Shown piece after piece: positions 49,403 to 62,600 of a DNA stretch of 64,000 nucleotides. This DNA comes from Octopus bimaculoides (Eukaryota): contig NC_068986.1 in NCBI RefSeq assembly GCF_001194135.2, positions 42,540,992-42,604,991 of the forward strand, in the 5' to 3' direction. Position 1 is the stretch's first letter. Each line of letters opens with the position of its first letter. A program made the position numbers and the translations under genes. The notes under the pieces are model-generated. The model had not been told where the DNA came from, did not search any database, and worked only from the letters and a program-made list of their open reading frames with translations.

Positions 49403-50465
49403 ATCATCATCATCATTTAAAGTCCGCTTTCCATGGGTTGGATGGCTTGACATTGAACTGGCCAGCTCGGAGCTGTCCAGGCTCCAATTGTCTGTAATGG
49501 CATGGTTTCTATGGCTGGATGCACTTCTTAATGCCAACCACTTAATAGAGTATGCTGGGTGCTTTTCAAGTGCCGCTGGCATAGATATATGAAGGCAGTG
49601 ATGCTGATAAACAGAATTAGGCTTCATATATAAATATACATATATACATACAGATTATATATAAATATATATAGAGATATGCATAGATACAAATAACTAC
49701 ATTGCTGCAAAAACTTATGAGGTAGTGCACAGGTAGTGGTGCAGAAGAGAGATAATGAGGACTGTTGAAGAAATTCATTGAATTTGGAAAAAGAAAGACA
49801 TAGATAATTCATTTAATCAATATATTTGATCAGCTGTGGAGAGATCATCATCCAGTCCTTTTCATTTCTGTTCTTTCATCTGATTAGACAAGTCTTGAGC
49901 ATATTGCCATTCATTTTGTCATTTTCTCTGTGACATTCCAAATTCTGAGATCTGATCTCTATTTTCCAAGTCCTTCTCTGTTTGACTATCTTCCATTGTT
50001 AATCACCCAATTTACATATCAAATCTGTATCTGTTCAGTGACCCCCACCTCCTAAATACATCAGCTGGCATTCCATTATTTTTTGCCTTTCACACAGGAG
50101 AATATTACCCTTCTAACAGATCAGATTTGGTCCATTTCTTTCCAGTATTTACAACTCTTCCATTAATTAGATTATTATCTAACTAACCATCATCATCGTT
50201 TAACGTCCACTTTCCATGCTAGCATGGGTTGGACGATTTGACTGAGGACTGGTGAACCAGATGGCTACACCAGGCTCCAATCTGATTTGGCAGAGTTTCT
50301 ACAGCTGAATGCCCTTCCTAACACCAACCACTCCGAGAGTGTAGTGGGTGCTCTTACGTGCCACCAACATGAAGGCCAGTCCGGAGGTACTGGCAACGAC
50401 CACGCTCAAAATGGTGTATTTTACATGCCACCTGCACAGGAGCCAGTCCAGCGGCACTGGCAATC
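49403..50465 (-). mobile_element. Two RTE 3' end fragments (49403-49590, 50186-50465)
   Basis: (CAT)n plus reverse tail motifs. Confidence 0.82.
50098..50144 (+). CDS. Candidate exon (ENITLLTDQIWSISF)
   Basis: Acceptor ttttttgcctttcacacag, donor CA|gtattt; phase 0-2 links 48979-49037 to 53614-53676. Confidence 0.4.
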
Positions 50466-50967
50466 ATTTTAAATTCTGTTTTACCATGCTTGCATGGGAC
50501 AAACAAGATCACATTGAGGCAGTGTTTTCAACTGTCTATCCTGACACTAATCTTCATCTGCTTCCTAGTAAGGTAATAGTCCCCAATTCTGTTTTCTATA
50601 AATTGTACTGACTTATTTATATATATATNNNNNNNNNNNNNNNNNNNNNNNNNNNNNNNNNNNNNNNNNNNNNNNNNNNNNNNNNNNNNNNNNNNNNNNN
50701 NNNNNNNNNNNNNNNNNNNNNNNNNNNNTAGGTGTCTTCAAGATGAGGCTGGACCTCTTCCTGTCAGGTGTCCCGGATGAGCCAACTTCACGGCAGGAGG
50801 TGTAGATGAGAGCAGCTACATCAAACTGTCTCATGCACGAAATGTCAATTCCTGAAGTAAAATTCGTGAAGTAAAATGGTGTAGCAACACCAAATGGCGG
50901 TGCCCCAACATGGCCACAGCTCATGAGCTGAAACTAGATAAAATGAAAATAAAATGAATGAAAAAAA

Positions 50968-50999
<32 letters not shown>

Positions 51000-51654
51000 T
51001 GTTTCCATCAATAAAAACAGTGCATGAATCTGTAAAAGCACCTTCCATTATTTCTTACTGACTACATTTGTTTTATAAAAGTCACATTTAGCTGTTCAGC
51101 AGCATTATGATAGGAGTACAATGATACTGACACAACTGACTAATCATGGTTAGCATATTATGTAGTTGAATGCCAAGAGTTTGCTTGGAGAAATCTATCT
51201 GACATTTTAGTCTAAAAATTTTTGCACAATACATGTTCTTTCTTTGGCAAAAAAGAACTATTTTACTGTATTTAATAATGACAGCTGTCAGTTTTGCAAT
51301 AAAGTGGCTGAAATCTGATTGCAAAGGAAGTAGAATGCTCAATAAGATTGTGACAAAGTTGGAAATTAAACTTTCCGTGATGTACAGTCACTTGTTGTAG
51401 CATAGCCACTTGAAGATTTGTGATCCCAGCCCACAAGAAATATAATTTGTATAATTAGGATTACAAATTATTCCTTTGTGTTATGTGTCTTTATTGTGAA
51501 AGTTTAAAGAACAGATGTATTATGTTTCAAAACTGACTGAAGCTAGAATAGTTATATAGATTTTATTACAAAATATTATCTCTATGTGACACATGTTTAT
51601 GTTATACTTCAACTCCAGATTAAACAACTCCAGGTTGAGCAGTCCTGTGGTCAA

Positions 51655-51727
51655 GGAAGTTCTTGCCGTGGTCATCTTGCTTTTTCTCTATAGAGAAAAG
51701 CAAGATGATCATGACAAGAACTTTTCC
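51655..51727. repeat. About 73-bp imperfect palindrome centred on CTCTATAGAG
   Basis: ggaagttcttgccgtggtcatcttgcttttt / aaaagcaagatgatcatgacaagaacttttcc. Confidence 0.9.
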
Positions 51728-52556
51728 GATCATAGATCTACATTCCAATATATCCACATTTAAGATGTTAGGGTGTGAGTTGAAGGGAATTTAACTGCTA
51801 TTTCTAACTGGCTGAGCAACTTTGTAGAGGTTCTCTTGATAGTGGTTGTATCAGTGGTTTCAGTGGTTATGATGTTAGTGACTGTGGTGAAAGTAATATA
51901 GTATTGTTGATGGAAGTGGTCTTGGCTTTGTTTTTGTTGTAAGTGGTGGTGGCAGTATTCTGATCTGGATCTGACTCTACCTGTAAAATTTTCACCTCAG
52001 GTGTTGCTACCTCAAGATTCATCCCCTCAGGACATCTCACCTGAATAATTGTTGTTCTCTTGCAAAGTGGCGTTAGTTGTGATAGTGGTTTTGGTGTTGT
52101 TGTTGTTGCGTAGGGATTATTGTGATGATGTATCAGTGAAATATGAGTGTGTTCTGAACCCAATCTTGCTCCCATTACACCTGAAAAGTTACCCACCCTT
52201 CCCAGTGTTGCTTTGTGAAAATTCATCCCCCACAAGACATCACATCCAAAGAATCATCACCCTGGTGAAGTCTAAGGTAATGATTTTTCATTTGTTGCTT
52301 CTCATAAAGTGAAGCAAAACTTTCTGGAAGAAGTTGGTGTCATCAGATTTACATCATTTTGTAAAAGAAGACTGTAACATGAAAGCAGTGTTTTTAACTT
52401 GATCAAGTGTTGGAATCTGTCATTATTTGTAGTGATGAGAAAGAAGACAGTTACAAAAGTTAAAAGGAAAAGAGTAACATTGGCAGCTAAAAGGAAACTA
52501 TTTGCAAAGTTGATTTTTTAAAAATATATTTTATATATTGTGTATATTTACTATTT

Positions 52557-52936
52557 TGGAGGCGCAATGGCCCAGTGGTTAGGGCAGCGGATTTGCGGTC
52601 ATAGGATCGCAGTTTCGATTCCTAGACCAGGTGTTGTGAGTGTTTATTGAGCGAAAACATCTAAAACTCCACGGGGCTCTGGCAGGGGATGGTGGTGAAC
52701 CCTGCTGTACTCTTTCACCACAACTTTCTCTCACTCTTATTTCCTATTTCTGTTGTGCCTGTAATTCAAAGGGTCAGCCTTGTCACACTGTGTCACACTG
52801 AATATCCCTGAGAACTACGTTAAGGGTACACGTGTCTGTGGAGTGCTCAGCCACTTGCACGTTAATTTCACGAGCAGGCTGTTCCGTTGATCGGATCAAC
52901 TGGAACCCTTGACGTCGTAAGCGAAGGAGTGCCAAC
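52557..52936 (+). mobile_element. Full-length SINE family C with 11-bp TSD
   Basis: TSD ATTTACTATTT at 52546-52556 and 52937-52947; A and B boxes present. Confidence 0.93.
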
Positions 52937-53613
52937 ATTTACTATTTCATCCTTAAGTACTCTGCTTAAGACAAACCTGCTAGTCATCACTCATGCTATA
53001 CCAGGAGCCTGCAATGGGAAAGAAAGTTTTTGTAGACATAATAGCCATGATCATGTTGCAACAACTACTTCTATACTTTGCACTTGTGGTCTTCAGTCTT
53101 TTAGCAGTGTTTCTTTTACTGAAAGCAATGAAAATAGCTGCAAAGACCAAGTGAAATATAAACAACGCTTTTATTATTTCCACCACAGCTACCTCTGACA
53201 CTGGCTCAACTATTGCCACCATCATCACTAGCACTTATTGGGCTGGAATGGTGAATATTCTGGTGAATATTCATCTCAGTTTTGATGATAATTCACTGTA
53301 TTTGCAATTGAATTTCAGCTACTTTGCTGCAGAATCAACAACTATCATTATTGAATGAAGAAAAAAAAAATTGCTGAAGGGATGACATGCATTATATAGA
53401 AAGTTGATGAAATTTGGACAGCTTTCCCCATGTGCATGATATCTGCACATGATGGCATCCTGGTTTTTGACCACATGCTATTTGTGATTGATCAATTGCT
53501 TTAATGAGGTCATTGTACTTCTCTGCCAATGCTGTATCTTAGCTAAATGTTTGACTTATATAAAAATGTGGACAGCCAGAAATAATAGAAAATCTTTGGT
53601 TCTTTTTTTACAG

Positions 53614-53676
53614 ATTAATGCGTAACTTTTATTGGCAACAATCAATTTTGAGACATAAATTTTTGCAAATTATTAG
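53614..53676 (+). CDS. Candidate exon (LMRNFYWQQSILRHKFLQII)
   Basis: Strong acceptor ctttggttctttttttacag, donor AG|gtagag; 63 nt, single open frame, phase 2-2. Confidence 0.55.
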
Positions 53677-56600
53677 GTAGAGATAAAGTTGTTCACTGTG
53701 TTGTGTGAAAACTTGCTTCATGATGCAGAGTTTTTTTAATGAATTTTGTTTGGAAAACTTTTGTCTTGTGTCTCTATGAAAAATTTAGACTCAGCATTGA
53801 GTCCTGTGCATTTCAGCATTTTCTTTAACCACTTCCACTCTGCCTAATCTATTGGCCATGTAGAGAATTTTCTTGGCTATGTCATAGCATCACATTTTGC
53901 AGTCCTGTTTTAAATTTTGGCTTTGGGTTTTTTTTTAATAGATTCTCTAATTTTTTAATAGATTCTCTGTCCTCCTTACAACTGTTTACCACCTCAGCCT
54001 GTCTTTTTTTATTTTTTAGATTTCATAAAGATTGTAAAAGCATTTTGTAACTATTTCTAGTTATTTTCTCCTTATTCTTCATTAGATTCAAAAGCTTGCA
54101 AAGTTAATAAATTTGAACTACTTATTTTCCAGTACAGACTATTACTAATTTCCTTGGATTCTATTGTTTTTCTTTGAACAGTATTGTAGTATTGAAGTCG
54201 ATACAGGAAAAGGATGGAGATGGGGAGCTCCTTGAGAATATTTCTCTTCTGTTAAGAATCACTTTTATTGTTACAACTCTCTCTCTCTCTCTTCGAATTG
54301 GTAAAATTGTTTTCCATTTACTCATGTTATCTTTTGATATACCTGTTTGTTAATCATCCTTTCTTATTCAGAACAACAATTCTAGAATACAAGTGGGGAA
54401 AATATCAAAAATAATTTGTTAATTAATCCATGCTCAGACCCACATTTCTTCAATTATAAAACTTTATTGATTAATAGCTGATCTTTACATTAGTATGAAC
54501 CTTTGCAACGCTCTTTTCATTTTCAAAGTATTTTCCCTCATGTGAGCATTTATCTCTTACAATATTGAGGCTCTTATTGAATAAATTATAGCCTGTAATT
54601 TTTCTTTGCTTTGGTGATAGTTAAGTTGTGTCATCAATTTTTAAGGATTAAGATCGTTTTCTTTTTTTTTTTTTTGCTTTGTTTTCTTAGTAAAGCATTC
54701 TAGTGATGCTTCTGGTTTTCTCTGTAGATAAGTGTATATTTTTGCAAGTAATTTGTGAATGCTTATTAGATATTTTAACCAGAAGTTTGTCATTTCCATC
54801 TGCTCTCTAGTTGTTCACTGTTATCTGGACTATTTTTCAAGTCGTTATTTCTTTGTACAATTATTCTGCAGTTGCATTTTTGCTGGTTTTAACATTCTCA
54901 CCCTTGCAAATGTATCTTGTTCAAATTCTTCCCCTAAAACCTACTAATTCTCTTGCTGTTGGCACTGCATTTATTTCTGTTTATTTTTACCTGCGTCTTG
55001 GTAAAATCGATTCAGTTTGGAGTCAAACTGTTTGTTTTGTTCCTAGAAATGTCATCTCACTTCTTTCTTTCTTTTTTTTTTTGTGGCCATTCTTTTTTTT
55101 ATTTATTTATGTGGATCACTTGTTTTGATTATGCATTTGCTTTGCACATTATTTACTTGGGTTTAGATGTTCTTCTACAAGAAATTTTGAGGAAGTATCC
55201 ACCCTTCTTTCTGACATCTGCAGATACTGAATTTATTACTTGATTTATTCAGGTGGTATTTGATGTTCACATCTGTTTTCACTATGTCTGTGGTGAGTCA
55301 TTTTGCCTATCTTATTATTGTTGTTTATACTTTATCATTAAGGTTTAACTTTGGGTGGCTGTTTTGCTCATCTTTTGAAAGATTTATCGATTTGGATTCT
55401 ATAACTATTTCTGTTGTTATCTTATTCTTACATTCAAACTTACCACTTTTAGATTGTTCTACTCTTAGATCTTCATCAGGTTTTCTTCTTTTCATATTTT
55501 CCATTCGTGTAGTTCTGTAATTCCGATTTGACTTTTTTGTTGCTATTTTATGAGTGTTTTAAGTTTTAACTTTATTGTGCCTTGTAATGTTATTTCTTTT
55601 ATATTTTGTTGTGCTTTCTTATGGCTTTTGTGTTTCGTTTATGCTAAGTCTATCTTCAAGTTTTCTTTTATGCACACAGCTGTAGCTGTGAGGTTAAGAT
55701 GCTTGTGATTTCAGGTTCAGTTCCACTGTGTAGTACTTTGGGAAAATGTCTTCTACTCTAACCCTGGACTGACTAATGCATTGTAAATGAATTTAGTTGA
55801 CAGAAACTGTGTGGAAGCTTATTGTGTGCGTGATGTAATTAACTAGTTCCTTACCCAAAAATTTCATGTCTTGTCCCTATAGTACGAAGGATTATAAGTG
55901 TGTGCTCTGGTCATCTTATTTAGAAGGTACAATATACCTGTAAACTAACCTGTGTGAATATGGCAACATTTTCTTCTCATATTTATTCATATTTATTTGT
56001 TGAATTTGAAGAGTAATGGCTATTCTTTTATTTAGCTTGTCATCTTTTTTACTTTCATCAGTTATTACTTTTGTTTCTGATAATACACATTTAGTTTTCT
56101 GAATTTTTTGAAATTTGCATTCTTTTTTCACAAGTGAAATGAAGCAGTATTTGTTTTGTATTGTATTGTCATACTTTATTTTAGGTGACATTGTCTAGTA
56201 TTGATTTGTCAGGATCTTCATTAGAGTGTTTACATCTGGTAGCTAATCAACAATTAGTACAACCTTTAAAAGTACATTATTTGTATTAGACAAAATTATA
56301 TAAATCTAAAATAAGAAGTTGATGTATTACCTAAATGGGTATTTTTCCACTTCTTTTGGTTTGTTTACTTGTTTGTTTGTTTGTTTTCCTTTGTTGATAT
56401 TTTGTTGCTGTTAATGAATAGTCTTCTGAGCAATGATGTAGTAATGTCTGTTATTATTCAGTTTGATATTATATATTAATCTGGTGCTCTTTTCTCAACC
56501 TTTATACAGAGACTTAACGAAGTCATTTGAACATCGGACAAAATGTTTTGTGGTGTTTATTTCAGCTCTTTTCTTTTTTTTTTTAACTTTTCTTTTTTGA

Positions 56601-56819
56601 GTTCAAATACTACCTAGGTTAATTTCTGCCTTTCATCCTTCCATGTTTGTTGATAAAATAATATAACAGTCAAATACTATAGTTGGTCTAAGTGACTATT
56701 CCTCTCCCTCCTAGAGATGATCCAAGTTGTAGGGTGCCTGGCCTACCTAGTTGGTGGTTTTCCCTTATTTATATTAATTTGCATTTATTTTCGGTGATAA
56801 TTTTTAACCTGTTTTAATA

Positions 56820-57873
56820 TGAGGTGGTATCAAAAAGTTCCTGGACTACTTGCGTTTAATAAAAAAAAATGACCTACTTACCTAAGTTTTAACATCATAT
56901 CCTTCAAAATAGTCACCTCGCACAACAGTACACTGGTCACAGTGTTGCTGCCATTTTTGGAATCTGGCCTGGAAGACATTTTCCATAAGCAAGTCGAAGA
57001 CCTTCTATGATTCACTCTGGATCTCAACAACAGTATTAAAATGGTGACCTTTGAACTGCATTTTCATCTTGGGGAAGAGATGGAAGTTTACAAGGGCTAA
57101 ATTTGGTAAATAGGGCAGGTGCAGAAGCGATACCATGTTGTTTTTGGTGAGAAACTCATGAGTGGGGAGAGCTCAGTGCCAGGGTACATTGTCGTTGTGA
57201 AGAATTCAGTTCATCATGCTCCAAAGGTCCAGTCACTTTCACCAAATGTCCTCAGTGGCACGCTGATGGAGATCTTCACAGACCCTGACACAATGTCCTT
57301 TCTGCTCAGTGGTCAGCAAGAGGGGGACAAACTTGGCAGAAACATGCCACTTGTTCATTTCAGATGTTAGGATTGCTTACATGGACCCATATGACAGACC
57401 AACAACATCAGTGATGTCATTGATTGTCCTCTGACGATCCTCATGCACAAATGCACAAGCTGATGAATTTTCTCCATATTTCCAGGTCTTCCAGATCACT
57501 CATCGTCTTCTAGGGGTGGTCTTCTGCTTTTCAAGTGCCTGCGTCTCCTGAAACATTGTATACAACCCATTGCCTTGTCACCATAAGCTTATCAAAACAT
57601 GCTCAATGTCTTGAAACCAGACTTTTCAAGTTTAATGCAAAATTTCATGTTGGCTCTTTGTACCAACTTTCTGTCCATAACAAAAATCGTAGACTACAGC
57701 ATACACATGATCACAAAAGCACAAATTTCACAACTTATGAAGTAAACACAGTGATATTACTCAGCACACTGCCTCATGAAGGTCACTGCTAGCTCTCACT
57801 GTGCACGCAACCATGTGCTGCCATCTGTTAGCATACTACAGAACTAGTCTGGGAACTGTTTGATACCACCTCT
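56820..57873 (-). mobile_element. Decayed mariner transposon with TIRs and TA duplication
   Basis: TIRs tgaggtggtatcaaaaagttcc / ggaactgtttgataccacctct; TA at 56818 and 57874; minus strand FPKMKMQFKGHHFNTVVEIQ...FQKWQQHCDQCTVVRGDYFEG. Confidence 0.92.
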
Positions 57874-57967
57874 TATATTATCTTTAACATATGTACATAT
57901 TTATACTTCCCTCCTGGTTTTGTAATTATTTTTGTGACCTGTTTAATACTAATAATAATGATAATTG

Positions 57968-58172
57968 TTTCAAATTTTGTCACAAGGCCAGCAATTCTGG
58001 GGTATGATGTGAGTTGACTACATCAATCCCTGTGTTCAATTATAACTCATTTCATTGGCCCCCACAAAGGATGAAAGACAAAGTTGACATTGGCGTAATT
58101 CGAAATCAGAATGTAAGTAGCTAGAAGAAATTCTGCTAAGCATTTTGTATGACATGCTAACAATTCTGTCAG
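57968..58172 (-). mobile_element. Decayed SINE family A
   Basis: Family motifs with CpG decay; a similar copy lies at about 61275-61450. Confidence 0.78.
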
Positions 58173-58185
58173 TAGTAGTAATATA

Positions 58186-59824
58186 CCATAAAAGCCCATG
58201 TAATTTGTGCACCTGTGTAATTTACGCAGGTGATTTTCAGGATAAAAATTGTTAAAAAATGCTTCTACTCATGTAAAATTCACACCCAAAAGTTTTCAGA
58301 TTTGCCGATATGGCCAGGAGGAAAAGGTTTTCAATTTAGTTGTATTTAGTATAATTTCACTTGCTTATGATTAGATTTTATTAAATTTTCATTAAATAAA
58401 AATAATTTTTGTTTAACAGGTATCATATTGAAAGCTATTAAATTACGAAGTGTTTGTATTGTTTATAATAAACTTTATTTTACATTTCTTGCCCACAAGA
58501 GATTGTGTCTGATCTTTAGCATACTTCTGTATGTCTTCTGAAATCACGATCACAGAAAAAGTTGTTGATAATTCTTATCGACAAAAACAAAGCAGATAAA
58601 TACACACAGGTGTTGCAAAATAAGTTTAATTACCTATAAACATCAGCTGGGATGACACTTTACTCAACCGGCAGAGGAAGGTGACAGATCAAACTGATTA
58701 TGCAAGCAGAAATCTGATTGGTCGAAAGTGTCTTCTTGTCTCAATCTCTGATTTTCTGCCTATTCTTGTTGGAACCTTTGATATTCAGTATCAAAATTTT
58801 AATCCCTTTTCGCATTTATAAAGTGTCAAGCAAACTTTAAAATTTGTCATTACCGTTTCAGCTGGGAGACCAAACTGATAGTTTGGTAACCAGCTAAAAT
58901 AAATATTAAAAATCGAAAGGAGAAAATAAACAGCTTTGCAAGTTTAACTCGGTGTTTATTAAACAAGATATGTGCAAAATTTAAGAAGCAACCTGTTAGA
59001 ATATACACATCTGTGAGGAGACATAAACAAGAATAACAAAAATCTACTATACCAAAAGAACTGGTTATACATACAAGTGTTCTTTGAAGAGAACATAAGA
59101 TTGCTGCATAATTCAACATGAATGTGAAACGACATTAAACATCGTATAAGGTAAATGAAGGTTTCTGCAGGAGCGCTAAGTCATATTTACTTAGTGAGTT
59201 TACATGCGCAAGGATACAGGTGGCACATAAAATACAGGTGGCACATAAAATACACCATTTTGAGCGTGGCCGTTGCCAGTACTGCCTGACTGGCCTTCGT
59301 GCGGGTGACACGTAAAAGCACCCACTACACTCTCTGAGTGGTTGGGCATCCAGCTGTAGAAACTCTGCCAAATCAGATTGGAGCCTGGTGTTGCCATCCG
59401 GTTTCACCAGTCCTCAGTCAAATCGTCCAACCCATGCTAGCATGGAAAGCGGACGTTAAACGATGATGATGATGATGATGAAGGATGAATTATGATGTTG
59501 GCGTTGGCGTTAGATGCAGTAAAATATGGCCCGGACCGTGATTATCAGCTTGAATGTCAGACTCTGAAAAGTAGTTCGCCATTTAATGGTTTTAGTAAAT
59601 TTGATACAGAAAAAATAAGCATTATACTTCATTATATTTTTTCTGTAAAAACCTATTCTGACATTAAATGGGTCAACTTCCAGTGCAAATGTTTACATAT
59701 GTATGTCATTTTTTAACAAAAAAAATTTCTAAATGAATTCTTGAAACTCATGTAATTTACACACTCCCTAAAGTTTATTTTTGTCTTTGCGAAAAAAGTG
59801 CATAAATTTCATGGGTTTTTACAG
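58186..59824. mobile_element. pogo-like non-autonomous DNA element with nested RTE 3' end (59210-59480)
   Basis: TA-flanked TIRs ccataaaagcccatgtaatttgtgcac / gtgcataaatttcatgggtttttacag. Confidence 0.75.
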
Positions 59825-59861
59825 TACTTTTTAATCAAGAAATTTTTATATAAGTTGTAGG

Positions 59862-60085
59862 TAGCGTGGCCGTTGCCAGTACCGCCTGACTGGCCTTCGT
59901 GCCGGTGGCACATAAAAGCATCCACTACACTCTCGGAGTGGTTGGCGTTAGGAAGAGCATCCAGCTGTAGAAACTCTGCCAAATCAGATTGGAACCTGGT
60001 GTAGCCACCTGGTCCACCAGTCCTCAGTCAAATCGTCCAACCCATGCTAGCATGGAAAGCAGACGTTAAACGATGATGATGATGT
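59862..60085 (+). mobile_element. Young RTE 3' end with (GAT)n
   Basis: Near identical to the tails at 36158-36292 and 59350-59480. Confidence 0.9.
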
Positions 60086-61109
60086 AGAATTATTAGAGTG
60101 ATAGTAGAAAATGGGAGCAGATTGTCTACCCTCTAATTTGACACATTCAAATTCCACTAGTGTAAGTAAATACTAACTATATGTTTCAGTCTATGTAATT
60201 ATACCTATCATTTCTTGCCTAAAGCAATGATGATGTGTGGTGGTAGTAATGCTTCTGATTGTTCTTATTTCAAAATGCTCCTAAAAGCAAAATTTTTATT
60301 TCATTTCTAAGAATTATTTCCGAAAAACTTTCTTGTACATCTGTCTATCTTTGAATATCCTTTGGGGTTATTGGATATTTTCTGGCATTGACCTGTTTCA
60401 AAATTTCATGCCACCTATAATGAAAATATAGAACTTGAGAAAAGAGCCAATGGGTGTGGGATAACTTAGAAAATTATTTGCTTGAAGTTGTGATTTAAAT
60501 AAACTTATTGATTTATCATCTTTGCTGCCAGAATTAATATGAAACAGTATAGGTCATGCACTTATCACCACATTAAGCATTTATCATTCAAACTTTTAGT
60601 TTTAGTGAAAGTTTGAATGTCATTGTATTTACATTAAATACAATATATAGACTGTGCTTTGAGGGTATTAAATGTATATGACACATATTGATATAGGTTT
60701 TGATGATGGTATTTAGGACAACTTAATTTGTTGAGAAGCACTATCAAAAGATAGGAAACCATTGTAAACTAAAATAAGATTACAAAACACAGATTCATCG
60801 TTAAGAGTACATTATTTAGCATGAAAATTATTTGGTATTTGCTGTAACTTTCTAAACAATTATTGGAGATGCATGAAGTACCTTTGGGGTAGATGTTCTG
60901 TGTGGTTTGTGCTGGTAGTGTCTTAGTTTAAGTGTTGTCTGTGTGTCCATCCAATCATCCATCTTTCAGCCGCCTAACCATCTGTCTATCCTTCTGTTTG
61001 TCTTGCAATCTATCTGTTTTTGCTGTATTTTGTTATTGAGTTATTATTTCATATAGTGACTCACACATCTAATTTACATTCAAAATCCAGTTATTTTATG
61101 TTTTGCCAG

Positions 61110-61182
61110 CTTCATGGACTGTTTCATATCCACCACCACTACTAGCAGAGATCAAAGTTTTTGGCCAATGCAACATGAAGTG
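61110..61182 (+). CDS. Candidate exon (FMDCFISTTTTSRDQSFWPMQHEV)
   Basis: Acceptor ttattttatgttttgccag, donor GTG|gtttgt; phase 2-0 links 53614-53676 to 63835-63905. Confidence 0.45.
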
Positions 61183-61699
61183 GTTTGTATTTTGTGAGAG
61201 AAACCTGGCATATTGGTCACACGGGGGATTCACAATATCTATATGGAGTGTTTCAAATTTATGAACGAGGCCAATAATTTTAGCAGAGGGAATAAATTGA
61301 TTACATCAATTACATAATTGTGGCTTAATTTTTTGATTCCAAAAGGATAAAAGGCAAAGCACCTTGATGGGATTTGAACTTAGAACATAAAGAAATGGAA
61401 GAAATACTAAGCATTTTGTCCAGCATGCTAATTATTCTGTCAGCTCACTGTTCTATCAGTGCAAATTAGCTGCTGTTCTTACTACAGCCTAACTGCATCT
61501 GAATTGCATATATCCATTGTCTTCTAACTAACTCCTAGAGACTGTGCAGTGGTTCAATGGGGGCCCCAACAAGGTCTCCATCATTGGGGCAGTGCTCTTT
61601 CCAAACATCACTCCATGCTTCCTTAATGTTTAAGTTCTCTTTTGCTGATGTATAAATTGGTCTTCTTGGTTTTAGAGTTGAGGTAGTGAGTAGCATCTT

Positions 61700-62600
61700 T
61701 TATCTTTTACTTGTTTCAGTCATTAGACAGTGACCACACTAGGACATTGCCTTAAAGGGTTAAAGGGTTTTAATTGAGCATTTTCATCTTAGTACTTGTT
61801 TTACAGTCCGGTATTTATTCTGTTGGTCTCTTTTTGTCAAACCACTAAGTTACCAGGGTGGAAATAAACCAATGCTTGTCAAGTGGGGGCACATACATAC
61901 ATACACTTAATAGGCTTCCATACAGTTTCCATCTTGTCTAAGCTTTGGTCAGCCCAGGGCTATAGTGGAAGACACTTTCTGAAGATGTTTCACTCTTTGG
62001 ACTGTGGCCATGCAGGGCACCACCTTAAAAGGTTTAAGGCTGGTACTTTTACTATCAGTCTCTTTTTGTCAAACCACTCAGTTACAGGTATTTTAACAAA
62101 CCAACACCAGTTGTGAAACCGTGCTGATTTCTTTACATTCATGTAAGCTAGTGGTTCAGCAAAAGTGACCAATAGAATAAGTATGCTGTGTTTCTTTCAG
62201 TTTCTCTCTACCATATCTACTCTTGAGGCTGTGGTCAGCCCAGGGCTATAGTGGAAGACACTGAAGATGTTTCAGTCTTTGGACTGTGGCCATGCCAAGC
62301 ACCACCTTAAAGCGTTTAAGCCTGGTACTTTTACTGTTAGTCTCTTTCTGGCAAACCACTAAGTTACAGGGATGTAAACAAACCTACACCAGTTGTCAAG
62401 CAATGTTGGTTTGTTTGCATCCTGTAACCTAGTGGTTGAGTAAAAAGTGACCAATAGAAATAGTACGATGGGCTTCTTTTAGTTTCCATTTACCAAATTT
62501 ACTTTCAAGGCTTTGGTCAGCTCAGGGCTATTAATGGAAGACACTCGTCAAAGGTGCTGTACAGTTGGACTGAAACAAAACTCCAACATATTTGGAAGCA
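61700..62600 (-). mobile_element. Concatemer of rearranged, decayed SINE family B segments
   Basis: Block cagcccagggctatagtggaagacact..gaagatgtttca.tctttggactgtggccatgc occurs at about 61950 and 62237, with a partial third copy. Confidence 0.75.

Noticed and set aside
52435-52520. MRKKTVTKVKRKRVTLAAKRKL resembling a Tigger/CENP-B N-terminus
   Set aside because: Too short, no TIRs found and no downstream DDE motif recognisable.
52557-52635. tRNA-like sequence (also at 4515-4590, 8430-8502, 26200-26275)
   Set aside because: SINE heads with A and B boxes but no complete cloverleaf, continuing into SINE bodies; the copies at 4233 and 52557 have TSDs.
58420-58830. Splice-like sites and a 60-codon open frame (WDDTLLNRQRK...)
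   Set aside because: Lie inside the TIR-bounded pogo-like element 58186-59824; the acceptor of the long frame is weak.
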